Shown here: one piece after another, positions 53,001-64,000 of the stretch
Layout: every line of letters begins with the position of its first letter
How positions within the stretch are numbered: the stretch's first letter is position 1
Source of the DNA: Leptogorgia sarmentosa
Lineage: Eukaryota
DNA: 64,000 bases
NCBI GenBank assembly: GCA_964658305.1
Contig: OZ210885.1
Span: 9,796,001-9,860,000 of the forward strand
Direction of reading: 5' to 3'
The notes under the pieces: generated by a model
Seen by the model: only the letters and a program-made list of their open reading frames with translations
Databases searched by the model: none
Told to the model about the DNA's origin: nothing
Made by a program: the position numbers and the translations under genes

Positions 53001-56000
53001 CATAGCCACACAACGTAGAGTGATGCGAAGCATAATGGGACGAGCCCCGAGGCCATTGGGGTCCAGTGAGCTCCCTGAAATTATAGCGCCATAAATCTCC
53101 GATGTAATCAAGATAGGTCTACTGCACCAAGCCAAACATGTACTTTATTAAAATCTTTCTATCTATTTAGTTCATTATCAGCGCTAAAAACAAGAATTAA
53201 AGCTGAAGGCTCGCAAAAAGTTATTTGAAAATAATCATTTGCACATCAAAGTTTTGTTAATTAATGTGTTACTGCAACGATTTTTTCGACCTCATTTTTT
53301 TGCGTTAAATAAATACTCAGGTCGAAAGACGAAATTTGGTGTATAGATGACTTTTGTACGTTGACAGGAAGTAGCTAAATTTCGCCTCCGAACTTCGATA
53401 TCGGATGCGAACAGAACAGCCGCCATCTTGTCACCTTGTGACGTCACAAGTGTAACACGTTTAGCGAAGCTACTAGTAAATTCTAATACGTTAGAGCTAT
53501 ACTCTGTGTTTCTCTTGCTTTTTTGGCCGGAAAAAAAATTCTTTTGAAACAAAACTTGAACATAGGCATTTTAAGACAATATATTTTGCTCATGTCGAGT
53601 AACGAGTCTGGCGGGGACCCGCAATCGTGCGAAAGTTCCAGTGAAACTGACCCAGTGTCGGATGGCTCAGTTAACTCGGGTCAGTTGGGCGGCTCGTTAG
53701 TTCATGTCACATCGCACTGCTTTGCGTACGACGCCGAACCTATATATATAGCAGAACCTGGGGAAACGAGTTGTGTCCCAGAAGATCAAGATGGATTGTT
53801 GCCAGCAACTATTGAACAAAGAAGCGACGGTAGAATAACTCTGGAACAGTGATAAGAAGATTCAAGACTGTGAAGCCTAATTAAAATAGCCGACGTATGC
53901 TAAATTTAAATTTATATTTCATTGCTTTTATTTAATATTCATCTGTAGTGATATATTGTTAATTTTGATATCAATATATTGATAACAGTATAATTATTGT
54001 TTCCACATTACCGTTTCCACATTCTCATTTTCAATTATTAGATTTGTAAATACTTAAGCTGTGGCAGAATAAATTCATTCGATTTGATATGGAAAATTCA
54101 TAGGAAGTTCATTTACCTTGTCTGTATGCTTAGTATTACAGTAGTTAGGGTTATGAAATTTCATCTGCGTTTGCTTATACGGTATAAACATTCATGTAAA
54201 TCGTTGCGTTGAAGATATTTTATTTTGTTTTTCAAACCAGCGCAGGACGTGCACGAACTACGAGTCGCTCACTGTGAGTCCGAAGCAAGAACACAAATAT
54301 AATAGACACATAACTGTCTGGTAGCTGTCTCAAGATATTACAAGCATCTTCTTTCAATCTCCTTTTAATATTTAGCGATTTTGCTAATTCTAGATTCATA
54401 TCATAGCTACGGATCTTCGAAGTGGGCTCAAAAATACCAAGAGGTCGCCGTTGCGTGAAAACCCTGTCTATGTTTACAGACAAATTTCACACACTTATTC
54501 CGTCTCTGAGCATCTGTTTCTTCATTAGGGAATAGATGCATATAGACATTCCTTCAGTTTTGCTATCATTGGCGCAGCTAACTAAGTTAGGACCGCCAGA
54601 AACACAGCGTTTTCCTCCGCGAGTAGCTTTACGTCTATTAGAAATATACGCCATGTTGAAAATGTGTTACACTTGTGACGTCACACGGCATTAAGATGGT
54701 GGTCGAAAATGTCGCACGGAAGTAGCCAAAAATCGCAACTTCGAAAGGCCATAAAATCCGTTTGAAAAGACCAATTTTAATTCTGTTTGCGGTGAACATA
54801 TTCGGAGAGTACAAGTACTTTAAAATATGCCAATAAAAATGGGGTCGAAAAATTCGTTGCAGTAACACTTTAATAACCAACCAAAACAGTGTGACTACGT
54901 ATCAAATTTTCGGTTTAACCCAGATAGTAGCAATTAACTTCCACTGACAGTTCGATATTAGCCTAGTAGAAATTCAATTCAAATCCATCAAGAGTGTTTT
55001 TGCAAAACAAAAACAGTACAATAGCCAAAACGGGAAAAAGTTGCAGGGTACAATTGTAGAAACTTCCTAAAATTAAGATACAAATCGAACATCCAAAATT
55101 CTACTCGTGCTATGACAACGATTGTTTTCTATTTCGTCCCTTCCTTTCTTTACTTCATTCATTATGTAAGAACTAACATCATTATATCGACTGTGATCAT
55201 ACTCAACGTCAAGAAAATTAACAAAATTTTCTCTGTGACTACACAGGCTGTATAAAAAACCTGAACAAATTTTAAAAAGCTCTTAACTTCGCGAAGCGAC
55301 TCGGAGTGAGAAGTTATTGATTAACATACATTGTTTGGGCACTTATAATAATGTAGAATAACCAAAAAATATGTTGAAATTTAAATTTGGAAAATCGAGG
55401 GATATGTGTCTTTTCCAACAAAAAATGTCTTGCGCACGAAATTTAAACGCTTAAAAGTCATTTTGAGTTGAGAAAACGGAAACTTTGTCGAGTTGTGTAT
55501 TGCTTTTGAAAGTTTCAAGAACACTGGTTGAGTTTAAACCCTCGAAAACGTCGCACAAACTTACGTTTTTTAGAATAATTAGCTTTTCCCATGCTTAATT
55601 TAGGCTTGCATACCTGTCTCTTGGTCTAAGACGCTGATTGAACCACCCACTAAACCACAAATGGCCAGAGTACAGCCTGCAAAATTGGTCGTGGCTAATG
55701 AGGTTACGGCCGTATCAAACGTCTTTCGCGAAATCTCAGAGCCTCCGAGATCCAGACACGAAGATTCCGGTAAAAGATAGCAGGTCTTCGTGCATGTTTC
55801 ACGGAGTTGCTCTGATATCTTCTGTATCCTTGGATACTCTTGATACGATAGCAGCCTACCTGGAAAATAAATATACACAACAGTCTTATTATATAATAAA
55901 ATTACGATATTATTTTTTTGAAGAGTTTTAATTGGTTAAGAGCTGTGTATGAAATGGTTATATCCGTTCACCAAAAAACGTATATGACATGTGGACGTAA

Positions 56001-59000
56001 TTTTCTCGAATATTGAAAACTCACATACGACATTATTATAAAAAATCTCGTCTATAATGGGAAATGTCTATTATATTATTGAATTCGGCTCTCGTAGGAC
56101 ATGCGGAATTATCAGCCCTTTGCGTGTGCAGACAGGGATTATTCTAAGGAAATTTTATCACTGCACAAAAGCACAAAAAAACATAAAAATATGTGAATAT
56201 AAGTTGTATTGGAAAAGGTATGACTGCCCAATTCAGAACATCAAACTGTTTCCTATTTTCCTATTTAGCTTTTTGCTAAAATATGTAAAGTTATGAAACT
56301 ATTGCTGTTGTATATGCTTAAAGTTATTCCCAAATTCTAATAAATGATGAATAACATATTTTATTCACTGCGCAAAATGTATTTTATCACTGCACAATTC
56401 TCATTTATCACTGCACAAATTGGTTATCACTGCACCTTAGAATAATCCCTGTGTGCAGATAACACAAATCTCTGCTTCAATAATTGAACATTAATAGTAG
56501 ACGAATTTTCAAAACTTTTCATCTCTAAACGTCGTCGCGTTTCAGTGATTTTCACATAATGGCGCCATAGGAAAATTCAGTTTGAGAATCGAGTAGATCT
56601 CGTGCGAATATCAGAGTTGGCATTTAAAAATTCCTAATGTAAGACATACATAAATGGTGTCAGCCCGTTTATTTTCTTATAAGCCAACGAGGAATCTCAA
56701 ACCGCGGTGCTGACACAGTTGATACCGTCCCAGCAAACGAAAGTTTAACTTCTCCTGAAAGATCACTAGCACTGCTCGACGATATTGATGTTCCCTCTAC
56801 TCCCCAGCTTAACCAAGTCATGAATACAGAACCTCCGCTCGGGGGATTCGGCGATATTTCCCTCAGTGATGATATTTTCCTCGGGGCAGAGCCCCTCGGA
56901 AAATATCATCACTTCGGGAAATATTACGCCGAATCCCTCTCGCTCCGGGTCTATAAATGATAAATAGCTCATATCCTGCTAGTACAGAAATGTAAACAAA
57001 ATGGCTGAAAGAGCGTAGCCGGAATTGAAGTTTTCAACACTTAAAAACGTCTTTGCGACCGATTAAAAGAATAAAGTTCAAGAAGTTTAATTGTAAATGT
57101 TTATTGTGCAGTTTTGAATCTCGACGCTGAAAACCGGACTCGACGCTGTAATATTCATCGCTTGACTGAGTTAGATCGCTTGTTGCTGTTTGTTGACATT
57201 TTACAACGGTAAAATTTGTGTTGTACTTTCAAATGCAGAAAAATGCAAATGAAAACTGCTGAAATTTAAAACTAGCTATAGTTTAAACGAAACGTCGAAT
57301 ATTTTAATTCCGTAACTGTTGGTTTTTCCGTGCTTTTTGGCGTGTATTTATCAAGTAAAACTGTTTTTGTAAATATGTCGATTTCAAAGCGATAGAACGC
57401 TTTGAAATTATATTCAGTTATTAACTAAAATACAAATAAATTTCGTCCAGCGCTTGTGTACATAATAAAACAGTTATTCTGCTCAATCTCGTCATATATG
57501 ACTGATAGTCGACTCGGTGCTACGCGCCTCGTCGACTATCAGCGCATATACGACTCGAGTTCGCAGAATAACTGTTAATTATTCAGACCGAGGTCAATGT
57601 TATCTGCCGAAGCTAAGACGGATAACATTCACCGAGGTCTGAATAATTCTTGATATCATGCGAAAGCCGAATCCAATAATTGTTTTATTATACATTTAAA
57701 AGAGAGTTCACTGTCATTCAGCGAAGTAAATCTGCTGCAGGCCATTGTTTCTTTGTTTGTTCTTTCGCGCGCTTTTACCTTCAACCTTTTGACAGCGCTG
57801 GGGCTTGGGCACGAGAGAGTCCAATATTTTTTTTTTGGATGCAAGTTCGATCCAAAAAAATAATTATTGGACGCTGATGACGTCATCAGCGGAAAATACG
57901 TAATAAATACCGAATACTGAGAATTAGCCGGTGCTTTCTGACCAATCAGGAGCGAGAATAAATTTTAAATGTAAAATAATATTGTTTAATTTTAATGTCT
58001 AACTCAATTTGATTCCAATCTCCAATAATATATGGCGTGGGTGAATGACAGTGACTGTTAAAATTGACCGATCGCATGCATACTTTGTGTGAATCATGGG
58101 CGTGAATTACCCATGGAGACGCATCATAATGTAAAAACTAGCTGGTTAACAATAGAGAATATTTGTTTTCGGATAGCATGGCTAATGGAGTATTTATAAA
58201 GATATATAGGCATAACATTCATGAAGTAATACTTCGCGTTATATAGTGTGGTAACAACCCAAAACAATTGCCATTCATCTACATGCAAGCGTACTTGGGC
58301 AGTGCTGGTAGCCGTTTCGACGTATCCAGCGTCGACGTATCGAGTGGTTTCCGACGTATCGAATGGTTAATTAGTAGTGGTGTCGGGGGAATATAAGTTA
58401 ATTAGTGAATATATGGAAACCATGCAAGTAAAAACCGATCGGGTGGATTTGACACACCAGTTTTCGAAAGAAATGTGGAATCTTATCGTAACGTTTGGGA
58501 AGTGAAACAAAATTTAGCAAAAAAAGAAAGTAATTACCTAACAGCTGTGGAGCAATAGAATGCAAATTCTTCTCGATAACCGTCGAAGACAGCATCAACG
58601 ACGACTTGAGCAGTTCGATTTCTTTCGAGGGAGGGTCCAGAAAACGAAAATCTGATATTAAGGAGGGGAGATCGAATCGATTCACCTTTTCATAAAGCCA
58701 GTTAAAATTGAAGAACAATTTATGTAGTTCATCAAATTGTTCGGAGGAGTGGAGGTGATAGGTCAGGTACTTGAAATAATAATCCTTGTTGCCTTCAAAT
58801 TTTCCCCAATCACCGTTCTCGCAATGACCACGAAGTGCCTCCACGAACAAGCATTGAACAGAACCTAGTTTTGCTCCAAGTTTTGCACGTGCAAAACCCA
58901 AAAGGAGATCGTGGAGACGGTAGCTCTTCTTTCCATGGATACCAGATCCTGAAAATTATCGTTAGACCATTCACTGCGAGTATTTTTTGTTACAGGACAG

Positions 59001-62000
59001 TACAGCAGTCTGGGGCCGCAGGCGGGCTATAGTACAATAATTTTTCGGATTTAGCATACCCCAGGAAGATGGAAGTAATTTCCCTTCAATTCGATTAGTT
59101 GCTCGTCTAGGAATGTCAGTAGAAAATGTTGTAAATAGCACTCAACAGTTTATACTTGACACTAGATAATTTGGGACACTAGATAATTTGGGTTAGTTGT
59201 GTTTGTCACCACATTAGTTATGTTTATAACCGCATTGTTATTGCGGGCGCATGCTTTTGAAAACGTTCGTGAAACGTTCTTCTCTCGAAGCTTTTATTAT
59301 TTGTATTGTTTTGTATGGTTCCTATTTTGGCTATTTTGGTGAATATAATAAAGATAATTGAACAGAAAACACTGAAAATATTGGGAAAATGAACGGCAAA
59401 TTTTGGATTGCCGACATTGCGAACGTAATTACGATTATAGCTGAATGATATATTTTTCTCAAACTTGTTTGACATTGGTTTGATCAAATGTTCAGCCTAA
59501 CAACTTGTTGACAGTTAATATAAAGGTTTAGCAAAGGAGCTGCTGTAAAAAAAATGTTTCAAAAACCTCACGCCGTTTTCGTGAATTTCATTTGATTAGC
59601 TATGGTGCAGGGAGCAACAGACAAATGTAGCCATAGCAAAAGTTTTAGTTTGTGCTGATACAATAGTACGCAAAATGAACTGTGTCTGGCAATGATATTC
59701 CCATTTTATGATATTTCTTCATTAAACTTTGCAGTTATAGTAATTTTTGAACGCTATTTCCAACTGTGGTGAAGATTTTGTCTATTATCATGCAACCTGC
59801 CTTCATTTACCTTTTTGAATCATCGACTTCTTTTCGAGCTCATCAAGTATACGTCTTGCTTCACGACGGCTGCACGAAGTTCTTCCGGCTACTTTGGAAG
59901 ACCAAAACAGCTCAAGAATGTCTAATGGTACATCCGTATCTTCTGGAAATAAAGCGAAATGTAGAAACTTTTCTCGTATTTCTTCGTCCAAATGTTGAAA
60001 GCTGGCGTTAATGGCTGTTAAGACGTTATCGTAAGGATAAGCTTCGGCGGGATATATTGAACGTAGTTTTAGCAAGTCTGCTTTTTTGAGGTCATTTAAA
60101 ACGTCTTCCCAGTCTTGTTCGTCGCGAGTGTCGGCTAAACTTGAACCTACTAGGGACAGAGCTAGCGGTAGATCGCCGCAATGGTTTAACAATTCCTCTA
60201 TAATTCGCCTCATGTTTGAGCTAAACTCAGACTGCTCGTCCTCGGTGACTTGGGCGCTTTGATACAAGAGCTTGTAAGATCCAGTCCGTTCTAAAAATTT
60301 CAGTGTATACAAAGCAGAACCTTGTAAACCGCGGACAACTTCAGAATTCCTTGTAGTTATTAATAATTGGCATTTTCCAGAGAGATGATCAAATACAGAA
60401 GCGTGGTTTACACTCCAAACATCATCAAGAATCACCAAGCAATCCTTGTCACTCTGCAATACATAGAAAACTGCTTTATATACAGTCGTTGTGCTGATGC
60501 TTTTCGAGTTTCTTAGGTAAAATTAACTGGGTCGAAGCTGAAGCCACGTTGCCACTGCTTCAGAATTATCAATAGATGGGTAGCCAAATCGATAATTGGA
60601 GAAGGCACATTCATATATCCGCGTTTACAAAGTTTAAAGACACTAGATTTCGAAAAAGTCATTAAGAATACGAATATACATGAATATGATCCCCGCGCAT
60701 TATCGGGCTATGTATGGCACTGATTAAATGGGCGACCCTCACCTAGTGTATTCTCGTCTTTGTCATAGGCATACTGTAAGTGGTAAAAAGCTTACACGTG
60801 TGTTCGTTACTTTGAAACGAAAAAACCTGATATCCATCTCATCACGCTAATCACTTTCTCTGTTTTCCTCTTATGGCGGAGTGAGTGGAAGTTTATATAA
60901 CGCGTTATTTGCATCACCAGTAACTTTTGACAACGATTTTGTGTAATAACGCATCAATGAGTATTACAAAAAGTTAAAATAATTCACACATACCGTGTTT
61001 GCTGTGACCCAGGATTGCGCTGCCCGGATGTCAGTGAACGAGGCTTCGCCACCAAGAACTTTTATGAGCAGGTTAATAAGTGATAAGCAGTCTGGAGTTT
61101 CTCCAACATCAAGCCATATTACTTGACGACATTCTTTGGCAGCCCAAGCGACAGCCAGAGCTAAGATGGTCTTACCCAGACCCCCCATACCACGAATACC
61201 AACGACGTCGCCGCTACGATTCCCGACCACACCAACTCGATTATTTCCTTCTGTAAGTAGTTTCAATATGTCGTTCACTTCTGACGGTCTTTCCACCATG
61301 TCACGAGGTAGTCTGCGTAATCCATACGCAACTACAATATAAAATAAATGGAATTTGCTGGATGAATACAACTAAACAGGGATGGATCTACAATTCCCGT
61401 GCAAAATGAGACTTTAGCTATTTCAAACATTTTTCTCATATTCACACATGAATTTATCCAGATCTACTTCAATGTTACCATTGTTACCATTTTTTTCAAC
61501 GTATCGCAAAAATGGCGGAAGGTCGTCTTTTGACTGGGTCTGCCGGCTGCCTTTAAGACAATCTTTATAACTGTGCTTTATAGGTTTACTTATGTTGGCA
61601 ATCGAATTAGATGGATTGTTACTTTCGAGACGTTTAAAATATTTACGAAAAATGCCATTGGTCAGGAGGGTAAATGGATTTCATCCGGTGGCAAATATAA
61701 GAAGTTTCTGAACTCCAAATCTGACCTATTATCACATGGAATCATGCTGACCTTCAAAGGTAATGTGGGAGATAACTTAAAAGAACTGTTTGTTGATATT
61801 TACTTAATGAACGAGGTCAATCCGATGAATAACATAAGCTTTGAACCTGGCTCTTTGAGAAAAGACAAATTGTTGTATGGCGACCAAATCATGTCCGGAG
61901 CTGATGGAAAAGTCATAGAGCGTGATAGTGCTAAATCTGAATGCGAGGTAGTAACACATACTTCGGACATTTCAAATCTTGAAGAACTACAGGAAATTGT

Positions 62001-63573
62001 TGACCGATCTCATGAAGGTGTGTTGCCCATGTGGCAACATTAAGGTGTCCCTTGAAAGAATTAATTTTTATAGAAAGCAATTCTAGTCTGTTGGAAAAGT
62101 CCCCCCTTGGATTTTCCAAATTCTAATTTAATTTTTTTTTGTTTTTTCTACATTATAAGTACCCAAGCAATGTGAAGTAACCGAAAACTTTGTACCTTAA
62201 ACCGCTTAACGAAGTTGAGAGCGATTTAAAAATTGTCTTTTGATACATCATCCTGCATTAGCCAAGGTATTATTTTAGTTACGCTATCTCGTGCCATTTT
62301 GCATATTTTAAAGGGCATTGCATGTTAATTGCTCAGGTGATTAGAAATATATTTTGATTTGCTGACTTTATAAAATGCCGTGAATCTCATTATTTTGCGC
62401 CGTGTTGAAATTAAAAACTACTGCATTGTGGTGCATACGCATCTATGCAAGTGTTTGTTGGAAATATTAAATCTGTGTGTTATTCCTTCATAGTGAGCAG
62501 AGCTTTTGCTGTTTATTGATGTTGTTATCCGTTATACCTAAACTGTAGCTACATGTTGAAACATGTTATCATGAATTTATTAAACTTGTTGTCACAAACT
62601 AAGGGGAGAAGAAATACGAACTGCACGGTCCGCAGGGTTTGCCCATGGAAAGTAGCCATTGAATATAGAATAAAATGTTTGCATACTACAAAGATATAGA
62701 TAGAAATTAACATAAGAGTGCAATAGAATAAAACGTATGATACAATTACGCTGTTCCTGTTCTATTAACCTTTCGCAGGTTGGAACTTCTACAAAAAAAT
62801 TTTGTGCAAAACTTATCCGGAACTTTTCACAACAACATTCGATCCCGATTTACCCTGTACTTATTATTATATTCTTCAGATAGGACGTCTCCTTGTCATT
62901 CCTAATTTCATCTATTTCAATGCTTGTAAAAAATATTATAATAGTTAGCCTAGTTGTTTGTATATTTTTGTCAGGCTGACACCGTGCATTGGATCCAGTC
63001 CAGTTCTCGTGTATTTAGTATGTTTGTTACTGAATTAAAGTCAATATCATAAATCAAAATGACAATGAGGCATTTTAGGACATAAATCAAAAGAAGAAGC
63101 ATTTAACTACTATCAGCAACATTTAAGCATTCTTGTCGCAATTGAGCGGCGTCAACGTTTCACGAGCGTTTTTTATTTGGTTGTGCCCTACGCATTTAAC
63201 CCGCCCAACATTAAAATTCTTTTTTAGTGATGAGAGCAACAGAACGTTGAAGACCGGAAAGGTTCCTGGGGAACAAATTTTGAAAATTGAATGGCTCCCT
63301 GATACTCGGTAATTTTTCCTGCATAATATATTCTGCATAAATAGTTTCCCATCTTTCCTAGTTAATTGAAACACTACCTTTTTTCTCTGCAAAATCTGAA
63401 TGCTCCGTCCTCTGCTTATTCTGACGACATTCGATTTCATCTGTTTTCTCCGCCAGACGTTTAAGCTCCATTGAATGATGTTCAAGTTTCTCAGCTGCAG
63501 ACCTTTCAACCTCTGTAATTTTGCGAAGCAGTGTGGATTGTATGTTATTGAGTTTCTCCATCACTGGATTTAT
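23025..63573 (-). CDS. APAF1-like STAND NTPase: coiled segment + NB-ARC + WD40 repeats (multi-exon; 5' end probably beyond window)
   Basis: Phase-compatible GT-AG exons: 63378-63573, 60994-61331 (GIRGMGGLGKT), 59811-60453 (LVILDDVW, LLITTRN, GDLPLAL), 58538-58948 (YRLHDLL, YLTYHL), 55614-55859, 50888-51106, 48216-48425, 45283-45517, 43697-43935, 36285-36394, 33124-33532, 31066-31667, 25005-25260 (uncertain), 23025-23350. Many GH..WD repeats. ORF 63757-63999 may be an upstream exon. Confidence 0.88.
23721..24039. mobile_element. hAT-type MITE
   Basis: CATAGGCGTACG / CGTACGCCTATG TIR; 8-bp TSD CTTATCTG. Confidence 0.9.
24223..28128. mobile_element. Candidate old DNA transposon bounded by ~170-bp imperfect inverted repeats
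   Basis: 24223-24400 (TTAA|GGACTGCGACTAGATGTC..AAAATTTCAACTAGTTT..GATATAATCGAGTGAA) aligns with the reverse complement of 27961-28128; right flank is TTTT, not TTAA. Confidence 0.55.
25958..27360. mobile_element. Non-autonomous Kolobok-like element, copy 1 (THAP fragment on - strand, KolX-like fragment on + strand)
   Basis: TTAA TSD; TIR AGTGTTACTGCAACGAATTTTTCGACC; ORF 26860-27147 has THAP motifs (CVA..C, HLFP, LHFE..Y); convergent ORF fragment from ~26284. Confidence 0.85.
28210..29185 (-). mobile_element. Decayed tyrosine recombinase fragment of a DIRS/Ngaro-type element, interrupted by a MITE (~28493-28700)
   Basis: LRGIKRSQG..RLPI, WAAMTL.FFGFLHLGELT, YAGHSYRIGAATTAAKA; frameshifted. 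Confidence 0.8.
29748..30235. mobile_element. MITE with ~90-bp TIRs (CCC..GGG, TA flanks; EnSpm-like)
   Basis: CCCGTGCTGAAGGTTTTGGATGAAAATTG..CCAAAACAGTCGC / GCGACTGTTTTGG..CTTCAGCACGGG. Confidence 0.8.
31899..32121. mobile_element. MITE
   Basis: AGTTTTCCATTACAGTCGTTTTGCCCGCGCGGGC.GAGCGAAC / GTTCGCTCTGCCCGTGCGGGCAAAGCGACTGAAATGGAAAACT. Confidence 0.75.
33926..34349. repeat. Tandem repeat, 146-150-bp unit, about 2.9 copies
   Basis: ATGTTTGATCGATTTCA..GGGCTCGAA restarts at 33926, 34076 and 34222. Confidence 0.93.
37510..38068. mobile_element. MITE with ~85-bp imperfect TIRs and a nested hairpin element
   Basis: ..CAAATATTCCGTATCTCTACACT / AGTGTAGAGATACGGAATATTTG..; internal CACTCGTTCACTGCGCTCACTCGT. 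Confidence 0.7.
38697..39942 (+). pseudogene. P-element second ORF: acidic N-terminus + C2H2 zinc finger + P-transposase C-terminal-like domain; one in-frame stop
   Basis: FPCTKCGKICKSKGGLTRHSNSKH. ORFs 38685-39266 and 39309-39908 are in the same frame, separated by TGA. SYVGGYVV, RTRGGLVTP, LYLKVRSFSYAK. Confidence 0.75.
40315..43369 (-). pseudogene. THAP9/P-element transposase, intron-containing, multiply frameshifted
   Basis: THAP domain (CAFFGC..LFKIP..EWL..VCELHF), SAYRELR..LILPSER, MDEMKIQ, NDGASPNR, FADSPHLIKTARN, KMKVKLATQV, RFMQDVVEDYFGHQR..GGRSDNPT; introns ~43118-42979 and ~41171-40948. Confidence 0.92.
47183..47597. mobile_element. hAT-type MITE
   Basis: CAGCGGCGTA.. / ..TATGCCCTTG with 8-bp TSD TTTCAGAG. 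Confidence 0.75.
53265..54869. mobile_element. Non-autonomous Kolobok-like element, copy 2
   Basis: TTAA TSD; same TIRs and internal sequence as 25958-27360, same orientation, different internal indels. Confidence 0.85.
56133..56451. mobile_element. hAT-type MITE nested in another MITE
   Basis: CAGGGATTATTCTAAGG / CCTTAGAATAATCCCTG; TSD TGTGCAGA; subterminal TTATCACTGCAC repeats. Confidence 0.9.
56835..56955. repeat. Palindromic MITE-like hairpin (others at ~57470-57575 and ~57580-57650)
   Basis: GGGATTCGGCG.TATTTCC..AGTGATGATATTTTCC / GGAAAATATCATCACT..GGAAATA..CGCCGAATCCC. Confidence 0.75.
61510..62043 (+). mobile_element. Possible LINE ORF1 5' fragment in an intron
   Basis: ORF 61573-62043 (IRW..FE..K.F....EGKWISSGGKYKKF) antisense to the host gene; resembles N-termini of invertebrate LINE ORF1 proteins from memory. 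Confidence 0.35.
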
Positions 63574-64000
63574 CTGAATAGATAAATTTGATTTAGTAAT
63601 ATTCAACTTATGGGCTGAAACAAATTTGAAATCACTCCCAACTTCACAAAGCGGCTTAAGGTGTGTGATGTAATAATAGTTATAATCTAACGTTATTAGT
63701 ATAGGTAATAGTATCGTTTCGAGTGCAATTTGGAAAAACATGCAGGAGTAAGTTTTTCAAAGACATTCAAAATTGCACGAGTCCAAAGGACGAGTGCTAT
63801 TTGAAGTCTTTGAAAAGCTCATGAGTGTATGTTTTTTCAAAATTGCATGAGAATTTAAATAGAATATACTTGTCTCGCTTTGCTCTGCCGCTAATATACG
63901 GAGATGTTTTGCTTGTCCATCGAGCATTTGCTTGAACGAAGAGAAATCTCTGTCTTGTATTATAAAAAGGTTGTCAACATCGACTGCTGTTAATATCACT

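Overview
Eukaryotic (animal) genomic DNA, AT-rich with GT-AG introns; the repeat content suggests a marine invertebrate, probably a cnidarian (inference). From left to right: (1) a disrupted intronless gene fusing a triose-phosphate/PEP-translocator-family (TPT/SLC35E-like) membrane domain, a glycosyltransferase-like segment and a polysaccharide-pyruvyl-transferase-like domain, cut off by a 5'-truncated CR1/L2-type LINE (1-4470); (2) a decayed intron-containing copy of the Hook coiled-coil gene followed by unrelated exons (5.4-10 kb); (3) a segmentally duplicated tRNA gene/pseudogene cluster (12-17.6 kb); (4) an apparently intact DD41D Tc1/mariner element (21-22.8 kb); (5) a multi-exon APAF1-like NB-ARC/WD40 gene on the minus strand (23-64 kb). 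Its introns hold a 5.1-kb P-element with an unusual convergent second ORF, two Kolobok-like derivatives, a tyrosine-recombinase fragment and many MITEs. All homology calls are from motif recognition by eye; no searches were run.
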